Below the pieces are notes generated by a model, which was not told where the DNA came from, searched no databases, and saw nothing but the letters and a program-made list of their open reading frames with translations. Positions 37,833 to 47,393 of a DNA stretch of 60,512 nucleotides are shown one piece after another. Source of the stretch: a virus (taxonomy: Duplodnaviria > Caudoviricetes); the IMG/VR virus record IMGVR_UViG_3300044953_000572, positions 1 to 60,512 of that record. The stretch is one strand, 5' to 3'. The position numbers and the translations under genes were made by a program. The stretch's first letter is position 1, and every line of letters starts with the position of its first letter.

Positions 37833-40117
37833 TGGCGGAAAATTACGAAGATTATAATAATTTCCTACCACTCGCTGAGGATAATCAAGACTTAGATTTT
37901 AACGTGAACTTGGCGACTCTCTTGGATGAAGGGCAAAGAGCCATTATAGCGACCGATTTATTGGAAGGAATAAAAAAAGATAAGGAATCCAGGGACAAAT
38001 GGGAGCAAGGCTACAAAAGCGCCATGGATTACCTGGGCATAGAGCAAAAGTTCGACACTCAAACCAAGACCGTTAATTATCAGATTTATGATTCTACGCT
38101 TTTAAACTGCGTGCTTAAATTTGTAGCGACCGCTCAATCCGAACTTTACCCAGCTAAAGGAGTCGCTGATTTCGAGGTGATAACGCCTGATGGAATGGAT
38201 AACGAAACGATAAAACGTTATGGAGAACAGCAAAAAAATAGTTTGAACAACTATTTAAAGTTGGGTGATAAATCTTTTTACAAAAACTCTCAAGCGATGC
38301 TAATGCCATTAGCTTTAAACGGCTGCGTGTTTAAGAAAGTTTATAACAATCCTATAGCCAACCAACCTATTAGCCGTTACATACGCCCGCAAGACATTAT
38401 CATCAACAATAGTTGCCTGGATTTGTTAGAATCCGAAAGAATCACTCATGTACTTTATTTGACTAAAAAAGATGTTGTTTTAAACGAGAACTCCGGTTTT
38501 TTCATTGGTGGCGATAATAAATTAACTTCCGAGCAAGAAAGCGATGACCAAGATAGCTCGGAAATAAACGCCAAAACCAGAAGAATAGATGGTATTTCAG
38601 ATGATGACGATATTGACGATAAGTTTATATTTAAGCACTACGAGTCTCACGTTAGCTTAGATTATCCGTTTTTGCTGGATTTAGAACCTAACAAACCTAA
38701 CTTTCCCGTTCCTTACGTCGTAACTCTTTGCAAGCAAACGCAAAAGGTGGTCGCTATTTATCGCAATTGGCTAGAAGAAGACAGCAGTTACTCTAGAGAT
38801 AACTGCTTTGTGCAGTTTAACTATTTTTCAGGCTTTGGCTTATATGGCTATGGCATGCTGCACTTACTAGGTAACAACGCTCAGGCTCTAACATTATTAC
38901 AAAGACAGTTGTTAACCGCTGGCAGTATGGCGAACTATCCCGCTTATTTCAAGGCCAAGGGATTGAAGGTTGAACATCCTAACGTTGATTTGCAGCCCGG
39001 CCAGTCAATTGATGTGGAAACTGGCGCGCTTCCCATAACCCAAGCGGTTATGCCATTGCCATTCAAAGGCGCTGACCCCGTACTCGCCGAACTAAAGCAA
39101 GCTTTAAAAGCGGATACCGAGCAAACGGGTTCAATCGCAGACACTAAACTCGCTGAAATCAATAGCAATGCCCCTGTTGGAACTACAGTCGCTTTATTAG
39201 AAACTCAACAAAAATTTCAATCATCAGTTATTCGTTCTTGCTATGATTCTCTCGCTCAAGAACTACAAATGATTTATAAGCAGTTAGTTCCATCACCCGC
39301 AAATCCAGAAGAATTGCAGCTCTATCACAGCATTAGGATTATTCCCGCTGCCGACCCTACGTTTTCGACCAACCTACAGCGTATTATGAAAGCGGACGCA
39401 ATATTAAGAACCGCTTCAAACGCTCCCCAGTTGCATAATATGCGAGAGGTGTTTAGTCGATTTTATACGACAATTGGCGTTGAGAATATCGAGCAAATTT
39501 TGCCGTTAGAGCCTAATCCAATGCCACTAGACCCTATTACTGAAAACATGAACATTTTAAATAACAAAGCCATTAGAGCGGAGATGTGGCAAGACCACAC
39601 CTCTCACATCATTTGCCATCAAGTTTTTGCTGAGCAAAATAAAAACCAAGACTTTTTACCTAATATATTGGCTCATATTCGAGAGCATTTGGCGTTTGAT
39701 TACCTTATTCAAATGCAAAAGGCTATGGGTATTCAATTGCCACCTATGGAAGCGCTGCAAAATCCGCAAATTCAAAACGCGGTAGCGATGAAAGCCGCTG
39801 AAGCGGCGCAAGCCCAAGGCATGGTGATGGACGCTGAAAAACCGCCTGAAATTACCGAAGTGGCGATGGCTGAAGTGGTTCAGAAAGATAAGGCATCCGA
39901 GCTTAAAGCGAGCGTTGATTTGCAAAAAATCGAGGGAGACTCTTATAAGGCTCAATTACAACATGAAACGGAAAAAATGAAAATTGAAGCTGAAAAAGAG
40001 ATGTTTGAGCAAAGAATGGATATGGAACTCAAGAAAATGGACACACAAAAGGAAATTGCCGAGGAGCATAACGAAGTCGAACGACAAAGAACTGACATTA
40101 TTAAACGTGAGGAGTAA
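37832..40117 (+). CDS. Portal protein
   Basis: 761 aa after terL; DKESRDKWE, FKKVY, GFGLYGYG, APVGTTVALLE; long helical C-terminus like a P22-type barrel. Confidence 0.9.
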   Translation: MAENYEDYNNFLPLAEDNQDLDFNVNLATLLDEGQRAIIATDLLEGIKKDKESRDKWEQGYKSAMDYLGIEQKFDTQTKTVNYQIYDSTLLNCVLKFVATAQSELYPAKGVADFEVITPDGMDNETIKRYGEQQKNSLNNYLKLGDKSFYKNSQAMLMPLALNGCVFKKVYNNPIANQPISRYIRPQDIIINNSCLDLLESERITHVLYLTKKDVVLNENSGFFIGGDNKLTSEQESDDQDSSEINAKTRRIDGISDDDDIDDKFIFKHYESHVSLDYPFLLDLEPNKPNFPVPYVVTLCKQTQKVVAIYRNWLEEDSSYSRDNCFVQFNYFSGFGLYGYGMLHLLGNNAQALTLLQRQLLTAGSMANYPAYFKAKGLKVEHPNVDLQPGQSIDVETGALPITQAVMPLPFKGADPVLAELKQALKADTEQTGSIADTKLAEINSNAPVGTTVALLETQQKFQSSVIRSCYDSLAQELQMIYKQLVPSPANPEELQLYHSIRIIPAADPTFSTNLQRIMKADAILRTASNAPQLHNMREVFSRFYTTIGVENIEQILPLEPNPMPLDPITENMNILNNKAIRAEMWQDHTSHIICHQVFAEQNKNQDFLPNILAHIREHLAFDYLIQMQKAMGIQLPPMEALQNPQIQNAVAMKAAEAAQAQGMVMDAEKPPEITEVAMAEVVQKDKASELKASVDLQKIEGDSYKAQLQHETEKMKIEAEKEMFEQRMDMELKKMDTQKEIAEEHNEVERQRTDIIKREE

Positions 40118-40122
40118 GTAAA

Positions 40123-40578
40123 ATGCGAAGAGACATATTAGAGCTAGCTCATAAACTTTGTATAGAAGGTATGACTAGAAAAGTCACAATTCCTTTTAAT
40201 GTTGATGAGGACAGTCTTTATGAGTGTTTGGAAAGTTTAACTAGCTTTTTTGTTTATTGTAGAGAGACATTAAAACAGTTTCCCACTGATTCCATGCCGC
40301 CTTATGATGAACATCACGTTTTAGATCCGAACAATCTTTACGACTTATGTTTCATTTTGATTAACCGTCTGAGCGCTTTTCTGCAAACGTATAGCTGCAA
40401 CTTTAGATATTACGTTGAACAAGAAAAAACTAAAGGTGCGTTAGATCCCAAAACAGGCTTAATTGAGATTGAGAAGAAATATCCATCCTATTCTGAAATA
40501 GTAACGCAACTTGCAGAAGACGCTGATTACTATAAAGAGCTTATTATGAATATGTACAAAACTATTGGAGGTAATTAA
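40123..40578 (+). CDS. Hypothetical protein
   Basis: GAGGAG RBS. Confidence 0.6.
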   Translation: MRRDILELAHKLCIEGMTRKVTIPFNVDEDSLYECLESLTSFFVYCRETLKQFPTDSMPPYDEHHVLDPNNLYDLCFILINRLSAFLQTYSCNFRYYVEQEKTKGALDPKTGLIEIEKKYPSYSEIVTQLAEDADYYKELIMNMYKTIGGN

Positions 40579-40674
40579 ATGCGTAAACAAAAACCCGTTA
40601 TAAAGCCAATTAAAGAAGTAACGACTAAAAAACCGTCTGCTAAAAAGCAACCCGTGAAAAAAGGTTGTAAATGA
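40579..40674 (+). CDS. Tiny Lys-rich protein, 31 aa (missed by ORF track)
   Basis: GGAGG RBS; MRKQKPVIKPIKEVTTKKPSAKKQPVKKGCK; ATGA overlap with the next gene. Confidence 0.55.
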   Translation: MRKQKPVIKPIKEVTTKKPSAKKQPVKKGCK

Positions 40675-40862
40675 TTTTTAAGCTATGCGATGAGGCGGTT
40701 AAGGAGATTGAAAAGCAAAAAAAGGATATTGCCGTACCTATTGTTTCAGGTGGATTAACCACTCTCGAAGCTTATAAATACGACTGTGGCAGAATTCAGG
40801 GGCTAAATATCGCGATTGCGGTTATAAAAGACTTTGTTAAAAAATTACACGAAGAGGATTGA
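40671..40862 (+). CDS. Small phage head-region protein
   Basis: YKYDCGRIQGL pattern, lies between portal and GroES-like gene. Confidence 0.6.
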   Translation: MIFKLCDEAVKEIEKQKKDIAVPIVSGGLTTLEAYKYDCGRIQGLNIAIAVIKDFVKKLHEED

Positions 40863-40864
40863 GA

Positions 40865-41278
40865 ATGGAACAACAAGAATACGTGCACGATAAGATAGAC
40901 AAGCAAATGTTAACGGAAATTATCGGTGGATTGCCAAAGAGAACACTAGGATTTTGGGTGTTATTAAAAGTTAGAGTGCCGCAAGAAGGCTGCTACAGAA
41001 ACAAGGAAGGCAATAGCACTGGCATTATTAGACCTGATTATTACGAAGAGCTGCAAAAATATCGGCAATGCGTAGGGCTTGTTATTGGGATTGGTGAACA
41101 GGCCTATAAAGGAGAGCGTTTTAACGATATGCCTTGGGTCAAGGAAGGACAGTGGGTGGTTTTCAATATCAATTCCACAGCGATTAGAATCGCTTACAAG
41201 GGTGTCCCAATGGTCATCGTTCCTGACGATTCACTTTATATGGAAGTAGAAGACCCAGACGACGTACAACCTTGGTAA
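40865..41278 (+). CDS. Phage co-chaperonin GroES-like protein
   Basis: VLLKV...TGIIRP...VGLVIGIGEQAY...WVKEGQWVVF...IVPDD. Confidence 0.8.
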   Translation: MEQQEYVHDKIDKQMLTEIIGGLPKRTLGFWVLLKVRVPQEGCYRNKEGNSTGIIRPDYYEELQKYRQCVGLVIGIGEQAYKGERFNDMPWVKEGQWVVFNINSTAIRIAYKGVPMVIVPDDSLYMEVEDPDDVQPW

Positions 41279-41292
41279 TTGGAGTGGTGGAC

Positions 41293-42276
41293 ATGAGTGA
41301 TATTATTGATTTTAGCAAAGAGGAAGACTTAGAAGCCTTGCATCCCAGCAGCGAGCAAGACGCCTTCGTGATTAGCTCTAAAGACAAGGAAAAGGAAGAG
41401 CCAAAAGCTGATGCTGAATCAGAAAAACCATTAGAACAGCCTGAGCAGCAAGAAGAGCCCATAGAAGATAAGAAAGAGCCAGAATTAGAAGAACAGCACG
41501 AAGATAAAAAAGACGAAAGAGCCTTACGACAGTTGAAAAAGTTGAAGAAAGACAAACAAGACTTAATGGCTCGAATTCAAGAATTAGAAGAACACAACCA
41601 GAAATTAAGTGACGGATTTAAAAGGGCCGATACCGCGGCTATGGAGCATTATGAAAAAAGCGTTAAGCTGCAACTAGAAGAAGCCAAACGTCTACAAGCC
41701 TCAGCGATTGAAGAAGGAGACGCGCAAAAACAAGCCGAAGCGATGGAGTTAATCGCTAAAGCAGCGGCGGATGCCAGAGCGATAGAAAATTATAAGAGAC
41801 AGCAGCCTGAAAAAGTGGAAAAAGAAGAAAAACAGCAACCCAACAATCAAAATTCACAGCCCTATAATCCAGACATTTCGAATTGGATTAGTCAAAACTC
41901 GTGGTTTAATGAAAATAGCGATGAATACGACGCTGAGATGGCGGAAGAGGTCAAGGCATACGATTTAGTTTTGTCGAGACAATATCAACGCATGGGTAAG
42001 GCGGACAAGATTGCGACCAAAGACTATTTCAAAGATATTGACAGATATGTGAGAGAGAAATTTTATATGGAAAAACCTGACGTAATAGAGCCACCCATAG
42101 AGAGGAAACCTTTTACCAAGGTCTCTCCCGTCACAAACAGGCCAACCACTCGTCACATTAGCGACATAAGATTGAGCGATGCTCAAAAAGAAATCGCGCA
42201 AAATTTAGGCATGAGCGAGGACGATTTTAAAAAGGCGGTCGCTAACCGAATCAGCAAAAATAGGGGAACGAGATGA
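41293..42276 (+). CDS. Capsid scaffolding protein
   Basis: Acidic N-terminus, coiled coil, WISQNSWF, C-terminal LSDAQKEIAQNLGMS. Confidence 0.75.
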   Translation: MSDIIDFSKEEDLEALHPSSEQDAFVISSKDKEKEEPKADAESEKPLEQPEQQEEPIEDKKEPELEEQHEDKKDERALRQLKKLKKDKQDLMARIQELEEHNQKLSDGFKRADTAAMEHYEKSVKLQLEEAKRLQASAIEEGDAQKQAEAMELIAKAAADARAIENYKRQQPEKVEKEEKQQPNNQNSQPYNPDISNWISQNSWFNENSDEYDAEMAEEVKAYDLVLSRQYQRMGKADKIATKDYFKDIDRYVREKFYMEKPDVIEPPIERKPFTKVSPVTNRPTTRHISDIRLSDAQKEIAQNLGMSEDDFKKAVANRISKNRGTR

Positions 42277-42779
42277 AATCAAAAAGACAACGTAGAGTCA
42301 GTGAATCTAGGCTGGCCGCTCAGGATATCGAGAATTTTAAAAGAAATATGTTTAATGCCGCGAACACGCCATTAACCGTGATAGGCGCGGACCCAGATTA
42401 CGACTATTATTGGTTTGCTGGGTTAGTCGCCAATCAAATCAATCCGGGTCGCTTGGAAGAAGCGGCGATGCGTAATTGGGTACCCGTCAGCGTCGATGAA
42501 ATGCCACAAATGGCTTTATCGATGCACTCTTTAACACGGGAAGCTAAAACACCCGCTGCTGATTTCATTTGCCGAGAAGGCCTTATTTTGCATAAAAGGC
42601 TTAAGGAGTGGAAGTTTCATGAAGACGAGATGCGAGTCAAGCTTAATAAAAACGTTGAGAAACAAATTAGTATCGCCGCGGGATTCGTAGGCGACTCTAG
42701 AGCAAAGGTTATTGAGAACACTAAAAGTAATGAAATGGTCTGGGGTGATGAGGACGATGAGGACAACGATATTATTTAA
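42273..42779 (+). CDS. Phage head-region protein
   Basis: PDYDYYW...WVPV...GLILHK pattern, between scaffold and capsid genes. Confidence 0.6.
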   Translation: MKSKRQRRVSESRLAAQDIENFKRNMFNAANTPLTVIGADPDYDYYWFAGLVANQINPGRLEEAAMRNWVPVSVDEMPQMALSMHSLTREAKTPAADFICREGLILHKRLKEWKFHEDEMRVKLNKNVEKQISIAAGFVGDSRAKVIENTKSNEMVWGDEDDEDNDII

Positions 42780-42864
42780 GAAAAAATTAAAAAGATTTTG
42801 TTTACTAATGAATCCGAACGTTGAATAATAAAAATATCGATGCTGTGGATGTAAAACATAGCGA

Positions 42865-43006
42865 GAGCGAAAGCTCGGTCTAACAACCAACCTCTGTGCC
42901 GTAGAGGCTTAAATTCGGCAAGAGAAGCAATTCTCGCGCAGTGCGCAACCTCGGTGCCGTAGAGGTCTCAATTCGGCAGGAGCGAAAGCTCGGGCCGTGC
43001 CCAACC
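42865..43006 (+). ncRNA. Tandem structured RNA element (about 58-nt unit x2.5: GNRA hairpin, hairpin, pseudoknot) in the capsid-operon leader
   Basis: CCTC..TGCCG.TA.GAGG..CGGCA twice; GAGC-GAAA-GCTC / GAGAA-GCAA-TTCTC / GAGC-GAAA-GCTC; compensatory changes between copies; candidate promoter TTTACT-17-AATAAT at about 42801-42829. Confidence 0.65.
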
Positions 43007-43045
43007 TTAACAAAATTAATCCATTTATTTTTTGGAGACAGTTCA

Positions 43046-43669
43046 ATGTCCGTCACTACCAATACGCCTTTTGGCTTTAGATATTATAAAAGCCTTTCTG
43101 CGGTTAATACCCAGGAAGTTTTAAACACGTATATCTGGGACAGTACCGCTGCAAGCGTCTATCAAGACATGCCAGTCGCTTTGGTTGCTACCAACGCGAA
43201 TCCACCTATTAATGGCTATACCAGAATTGCCACCGCCCCTGCAAACGGTGCAACGGTTGGTATAGTGGGAATCGCGAGAGGCGTTAAATACATAGACGCC
43301 CAAGGTAATCAACGATTCGCCAAATACTTTCTCGCCAATACGCCGATTAAAGCGGGAACCTGGGTAGAGGTTTTGGTCTCAGACGACCCCAAAACCATTT
43401 ATATGTGCCAAGCCAGCGCCGCGGTCGCTAATAACCGGATGTCTTACAACGCGCAAATTTTGAACCCAGGGGTAGGTGATAATACCACGGGAATATCGCA
43501 AGCGGTCTTAGACGCCGGCAATTTAAATACTACCGCAACGTTGCCTTTAAAAATCGTAGGCTACGTTCCACCTGAGAAGTTTCCAGGAAACGTGAATACC
43601 GCCGCTTTTCCCGTAATGCTCGTTAAGCTGAACAATCACGCTTATGGTTCAGCGCTGTTAGGATTTTAA
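43046..43669 (+). CDS. Capsid decoration/cement-like protein
   Basis: GGAG RBS, ATG at 43046; NTPFGFRY, VSDDP, LPLKIVG, VKLNNH; precedes the major capsid gene. Confidence 0.7.
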   Translation: MSVTTNTPFGFRYYKSLSAVNTQEVLNTYIWDSTAASVYQDMPVALVATNANPPINGYTRIATAPANGATVGIVGIARGVKYIDAQGNQRFAKYFLANTPIKAGTWVEVLVSDDPKTIYMCQASAAVANNRMSYNAQILNPGVGDNTTGISQAVLDAGNLNTTATLPLKIVGYVPPEKFPGNVNTAAFPVMLVKLNNHAYGSALLGF

Positions 43670-43684
43670 TAGGAGAAATAGAAA

Positions 43685-44584
43685 ATGCCATTAACTCGCG
43701 CGCAAATTGAATATGAATTATGGCCTGGCTTAGATGACGTGATGGGCGCTTATGAGACCTATCCCGATGAGTGGAAACAGATTTATAATGTTAAAGCTTC
43801 AAAAAAGGCTTATGAGAAAATATCGCAACCGAAATTATTAGGATACGCGCAACCCGTTGAGGAAGGGGCGCAAATTCCTACAGACGATGGAATGGGCGAC
43901 CAATACATCACCCAGTTTACCCATCGTAAATACGGGTTAAAATTCTCCATTACCGAGGAAGCCCAAGACGATAATCTTTATAAACAAGAATTTCCGCAAA
44001 ATACATTGGCTTTAAAACAATCGTTGAGCACCACCAAAAATACTTTGGCGGGTCTATATTTAACGAACGGGTTTGCGGGTGGAACTTCCATCGTGTCCGA
44101 TGGGTTAACTTTATTTAACGCGGCACATCCTTATGATGGTGGGGTAAACTCCAACGTAGTGAGCGGAGATTTATCTGAAGCCACATTAAATGCGGCACAA
44201 ATTCTGGCGGCGAACTTAAGATCACCTTCCGGTATTCCCATTGCGGGAACTTTAAGAAAATTAATCGCAGGCCCTGAAAATTGGTTCGCGGCTAAGAAAT
44301 TAACTGAGTCCCAATTTGAGCCTTCTAGCGCAAATAACGCGATTAACGCGGCTAAAGGGTTATTGTCTGAAGGATTTGTTATAAATCACTTTATCAGTTC
44401 CACACCTGGCAGTAGACCTTGGTTTATCCTGACTAATATGCCTGGTATGCGCTTATATCAGCGAATGAATGTGCTGTATAACATCGCGCAAGACCCAGAC
44501 AACTTTAATATTAAAGTCAGTTCTAGAGAACGCTATTCACTGGGTTGTTATGACTATCGTTCAATTATTGGATGTCAGGGATAA
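43685..44584 (+). CDS. Major capsid protein (Mu gpT-like)
   Basis: LWPGL, SKKAYE, FSITEEAQDDNLY, DGLTLFNAAHP, LSEATL, RERYSLG. Confidence 0.9.
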   Translation: MPLTRAQIEYELWPGLDDVMGAYETYPDEWKQIYNVKASKKAYEKISQPKLLGYAQPVEEGAQIPTDDGMGDQYITQFTHRKYGLKFSITEEAQDDNLYKQEFPQNTLALKQSLSTTKNTLAGLYLTNGFAGGTSIVSDGLTLFNAAHPYDGGVNSNVVSGDLSEATLNAAQILAANLRSPSGIPIAGTLRKLIAGPENWFAAKKLTESQFEPSSANNAINAAKGLLSEGFVINHFISSTPGSRPWFILTNMPGMRLYQRMNVLYNIAQDPDNFNIKVSSRERYSLGCYDYRSIIGCQG

Positions 44585-44600
44585 TTAAGAGGAGGTAACT

Positions 44601-45125
44601 ATGCAATTCAATGGTTATGAGACCACTAATTATCCGAATGGGATATCGACGACTCTGTCGGCTACTAATAATGGAAGTGGCGCGCCTTTTTCCGGGATTA
44701 ACGCTGGGGAGATAGGCCAATTTACGAGCGTTACTACTTTAACCGCGGCTCAAGTAAACGCTTTAAATGCGACGTCTATTCAATTATTGCCAGCGCCTGG
44801 TGCGAACCAAGTAATAGTGTTAAATCTGATTGTGTTAGAAACGTTGTTTAACACTACGGCTTACGCGAATGCTAATAACGCTGTTTTTCAGTTTCTTTTG
44901 AATGCAACCGTAGCGTCCGATATGACGCTCGCTCAAACTACGGCCGTATTAACGGCGGCCGCAAAGACTTTAGTGGTGGTAGATAGCCCTAACGTTAACG
45001 TTGCGGAATTATTGACGACTAACATAGTTAATCAGCCGTTGAATGTTAATTTATCTGCAGCATTAACGGCAGTTGGTAATTCTCCAATTAAGATAAGCAC
45101 TTTCTTTTCGGTATTGCCAGTATAG
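44601..45125 (+). CDS. Putative virion structural protein
   Basis: TTNYPNGIS N-terminus; Asn/Thr/Ala-rich; follows the major capsid gene. Confidence 0.6.
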   Translation: MQFNGYETTNYPNGISTTLSATNNGSGAPFSGINAGEIGQFTSVTTLTAAQVNALNATSIQLLPAPGANQVIVLNLIVLETLFNTTAYANANNAVFQFLLNATVASDMTLAQTTAVLTAAAKTLVVVDSPNVNVAELLTTNIVNQPLNVNLSAALTAVGNSPIKISTFFSVLPV

Positions 45126-45132
45126 GAGCGTT

Positions 45133-45816
45133 ATGCAATCGGCTGTTTACAATTGGATTGCCGCAACCCCAACGGCAATCTTTAATTCTAATAATATCCC
45201 GCCAGTACCGGGACAAAGAAGCTTTGTTTTAAATGGGAATTTGTTAAACTCTTTAGCTCCAAATTCGCCGATTAGTCTTGGTAAAATTGCCAGAGTGGTT
45301 TCCATTACAAGCGCTGGTAATGTCTCCGCAGTTAATTTCACCATTACTGGAACCTATAATGGTTTACCAGTTAGCCAAACCCTGGCTGGCCCAAACGCGA
45401 ATACGGTTTATACTACTCAGTTTTTTAATACGGTTGACAGCGTAACGTTTAATGCCAATGTCACTTCAGCTACTAATGTCGGCACTGGCAACGCGGGTGT
45501 GGCGCCCGCTGGAGCATGGGGTGTTACTAACTGGTTTACATATGATTTCTTTGTGCCTGATTCCGCCTTAACCATTCAAGCTAGAGTTAACGCTGTCACC
45601 GTTAATTATTCATTAGAGGTTACATTAGACGATGTGGTTGCCATCCCAGAGGCTTCTTTAACTTTGTTTAACCCAATCGCTGGCATGACAAACGCCACCA
45701 CTAATCAAATTGGCAATATTAGTTTCCCAATTCGCTACGCTCGGTTGAAGTTTAATAATGCGACTAATTCAGTGGGGAGTTTAACCGCAACATTTTTACA
45801 ACAAGGATTACAGTAA
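45133..45816 (+). CDS. Putative virion structural protein
   Basis: VSITSAGNVSAVNFTITGT...LAGPNANTV beta-rich pattern. Confidence 0.6.
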   Translation: MQSAVYNWIAATPTAIFNSNNIPPVPGQRSFVLNGNLLNSLAPNSPISLGKIARVVSITSAGNVSAVNFTITGTYNGLPVSQTLAGPNANTVYTTQFFNTVDSVTFNANVTSATNVGTGNAGVAPAGAWGVTNWFTYDFFVPDSALTIQARVNAVTVNYSLEVTLDDVVAIPEASLTLFNPIAGMTNATTNQIGNISFPIRYARLKFNNATNSVGSLTATFLQQGLQ

Positions 45817-46007
45817 TGAGTAAACATAAACATTGGATCCAAGACATGCATATGAGAAAGGGCGCATTGCATAAATCTTTGCATGTAGCTGAAGGTAAAA
45901 AGATACCCGCGTCAAAGCTAGAGAAAGCAGAACATTCAAAAAACCCAACGATTAGAAGAGAGGCGCATTTAGCCGAAACCTTTAAGAAAATGCACAAAGG
46001 TAAATAA
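45816..46007 (+). CDS. Small basic phage protein
   Basis: WIQ...KGALHKSL...GKKIP..KL...LAETFKKM. Confidence 0.7.
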   Translation: MSKHKHWIQDMHMRKGALHKSLHVAEGKKIPASKLEKAEHSKNPTIRREAHLAETFKKMHKGK

Positions 46008-46017
46008 GGATGGGTAA

Positions 46018-47073
46018 ATGTTCTCAGGAACTTATAATTTTAGCAAAACAAAGGTAGCGGATTTAGTCGATGATTCTTTTCAAAGAATAGAAATCTTGCC
46101 ATCCTTAATCACAGCCCAGCATATTAGCTCGGCGTTAAATTCTATCAATCTAATACTTTCTGAATGGATTAACCCCGGTTTAAATCTTTGGACAGTTGAT
46201 AAAAAGATAGTTTCCATTTTTGAAGGTAGAATTGCTTATGCTTTTGATATTCCTTTAATTGATTTTTTAGAGGTTTTAGTCAGAAATTCTTACCGAAACT
46301 TAAGCGGAACCGCTTTTTCTCAGCCTGGCACGGGCGGAGATGCTGCTAACGCATTTGATAACAATCCTGCTACGGCCTGTACGCAAACCGCACCGAATGG
46401 CTATATAGGCTATGATTTTGGCTATCCCTTTTATGTCAATATGCTGGGAATAACTTCTAACGCGGATAATCAGTACACACTTAACCTTGAATACTCCATT
46501 GATAACGTCAATTGGTTTTCAGTTCAGTCTTTCACTAAAGCGGATTACCCTCAAAACAATACGAGTTGGTTTAACTTGGATAATTCCTTATTTGCTCGTT
46601 ATTTTAGGATTCGTGAGATTGGCGGCGCCACTCTAAACGTTCAAGAGCTGTATTTTGAACGAGTGCAAAACGATATGCCCATTGCGCCTATTTCCAGGCA
46701 AGAATACATGATGATTACCAATAAGAATTCAAAAGCGAAACCCACTTGCTATATGGTCGACAGACAAACTTCAAATACCACTCTGTATTTATGGCCATCG
46801 CCGACATCTCAGTACAAGACTTTATTTTTCACGTATAAGAAAACTATTCAAGATGTAGGCAGTATGACTAATACTTTAGATATTCCGCAACGCTTTTATG
46901 AGGCTTTGTGTTCCAGGTTGGCGTTAATGAACGCCTATAATTTTAACCCTGAAAAAGTCGCTATTTTATTACCAAAAGCTCAGGAGTCATTTGAGCTAGC
47001 AAGTCAAGAGGATACGGAAAAGTACGTGCCTATTACCTTTAATTTTGACACTTCAATGTGGGGCAACAATTAA
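46018..47073 (+). CDS. Head-tail adaptor with inserted discoidin (F5/8 type C)-like domain
   Basis: SGTYNF, EWINPGLNLW, ISRQEY, LYLWPSP, IPQRFYEAL; insert AANAFDNNPAT...LEYSIDNVNW...ARYFRI. Confidence 0.7.
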   Translation: MFSGTYNFSKTKVADLVDDSFQRIEILPSLITAQHISSALNSINLILSEWINPGLNLWTVDKKIVSIFEGRIAYAFDIPLIDFLEVLVRNSYRNLSGTAFSQPGTGGDAANAFDNNPATACTQTAPNGYIGYDFGYPFYVNMLGITSNADNQYTLNLEYSIDNVNWFSVQSFTKADYPQNNTSWFNLDNSLFARYFRIREIGGATLNVQELYFERVQNDMPIAPISRQEYMMITNKNSKAKPTCYMVDRQTSNTTLYLWPSPTSQYKTLFFTYKKTIQDVGSMTNTLDIPQRFYEALCSRLALMNAYNFNPEKVAILLPKAQESFELASQEDTEKYVPITFNFDTSMWGNN

Positions 47074-47393
47074 TGGGTAACATAAAACAAGGATTGGGCA
47101 AAAAAGTTAGAGACAAAAAGAGCGGTGGTATTTCTTTTTGTGACAGAACGGACATGGCCTACAACTATGGGGATTTAGTTAAAGAGTATGAGTGGCGTGG
47201 CAATTCGTTGGTTTGGAACGGCCTAATGGTAGGAAAAGACGTAGTGGATGAGCCAAACGAGAGCGGAAGGCCGTTTAAATACAAAAAAGAAGGTCTATTG
47301 CCGCCAAACACTCGACCTGAACAACAAGAAGTTCCGGCGATGTCTAACCAAGAAACTTTAGAAGTTCTTAAAAATACGGTGTGGCAGTCATGA
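47073..47393 (+). CDS. Phage protein
   Basis: FCDRT...LVKEYEW...WNGLMV...DEPN pattern. Confidence 0.6.
   Translation: MGNIKQGLGKKVRDKKSGGISFCDRTDMAYNYGDLVKEYEWRGNSLVWNGLMVGKDVVDEPNESGRPFKYKKEGLLPPNTRPEQQEVPAMSNQETLEVLKNTVWQS

Noticed and set aside
42865-43006. Repeat-spacer pattern as a mini CRISPR array or HDV-like ribozyme
   Set aside because: The intervening segments are themselves conserved hairpins and no cas genes are present. Only 8 nt separate GAGG from CGGCA, too few for the HDV P3/L3 element.
42941-43045. N-terminal extension of the 242-aa ORF
   Set aside because: A GGAG RBS supports ATG 43046; the extension lies in the structured leader
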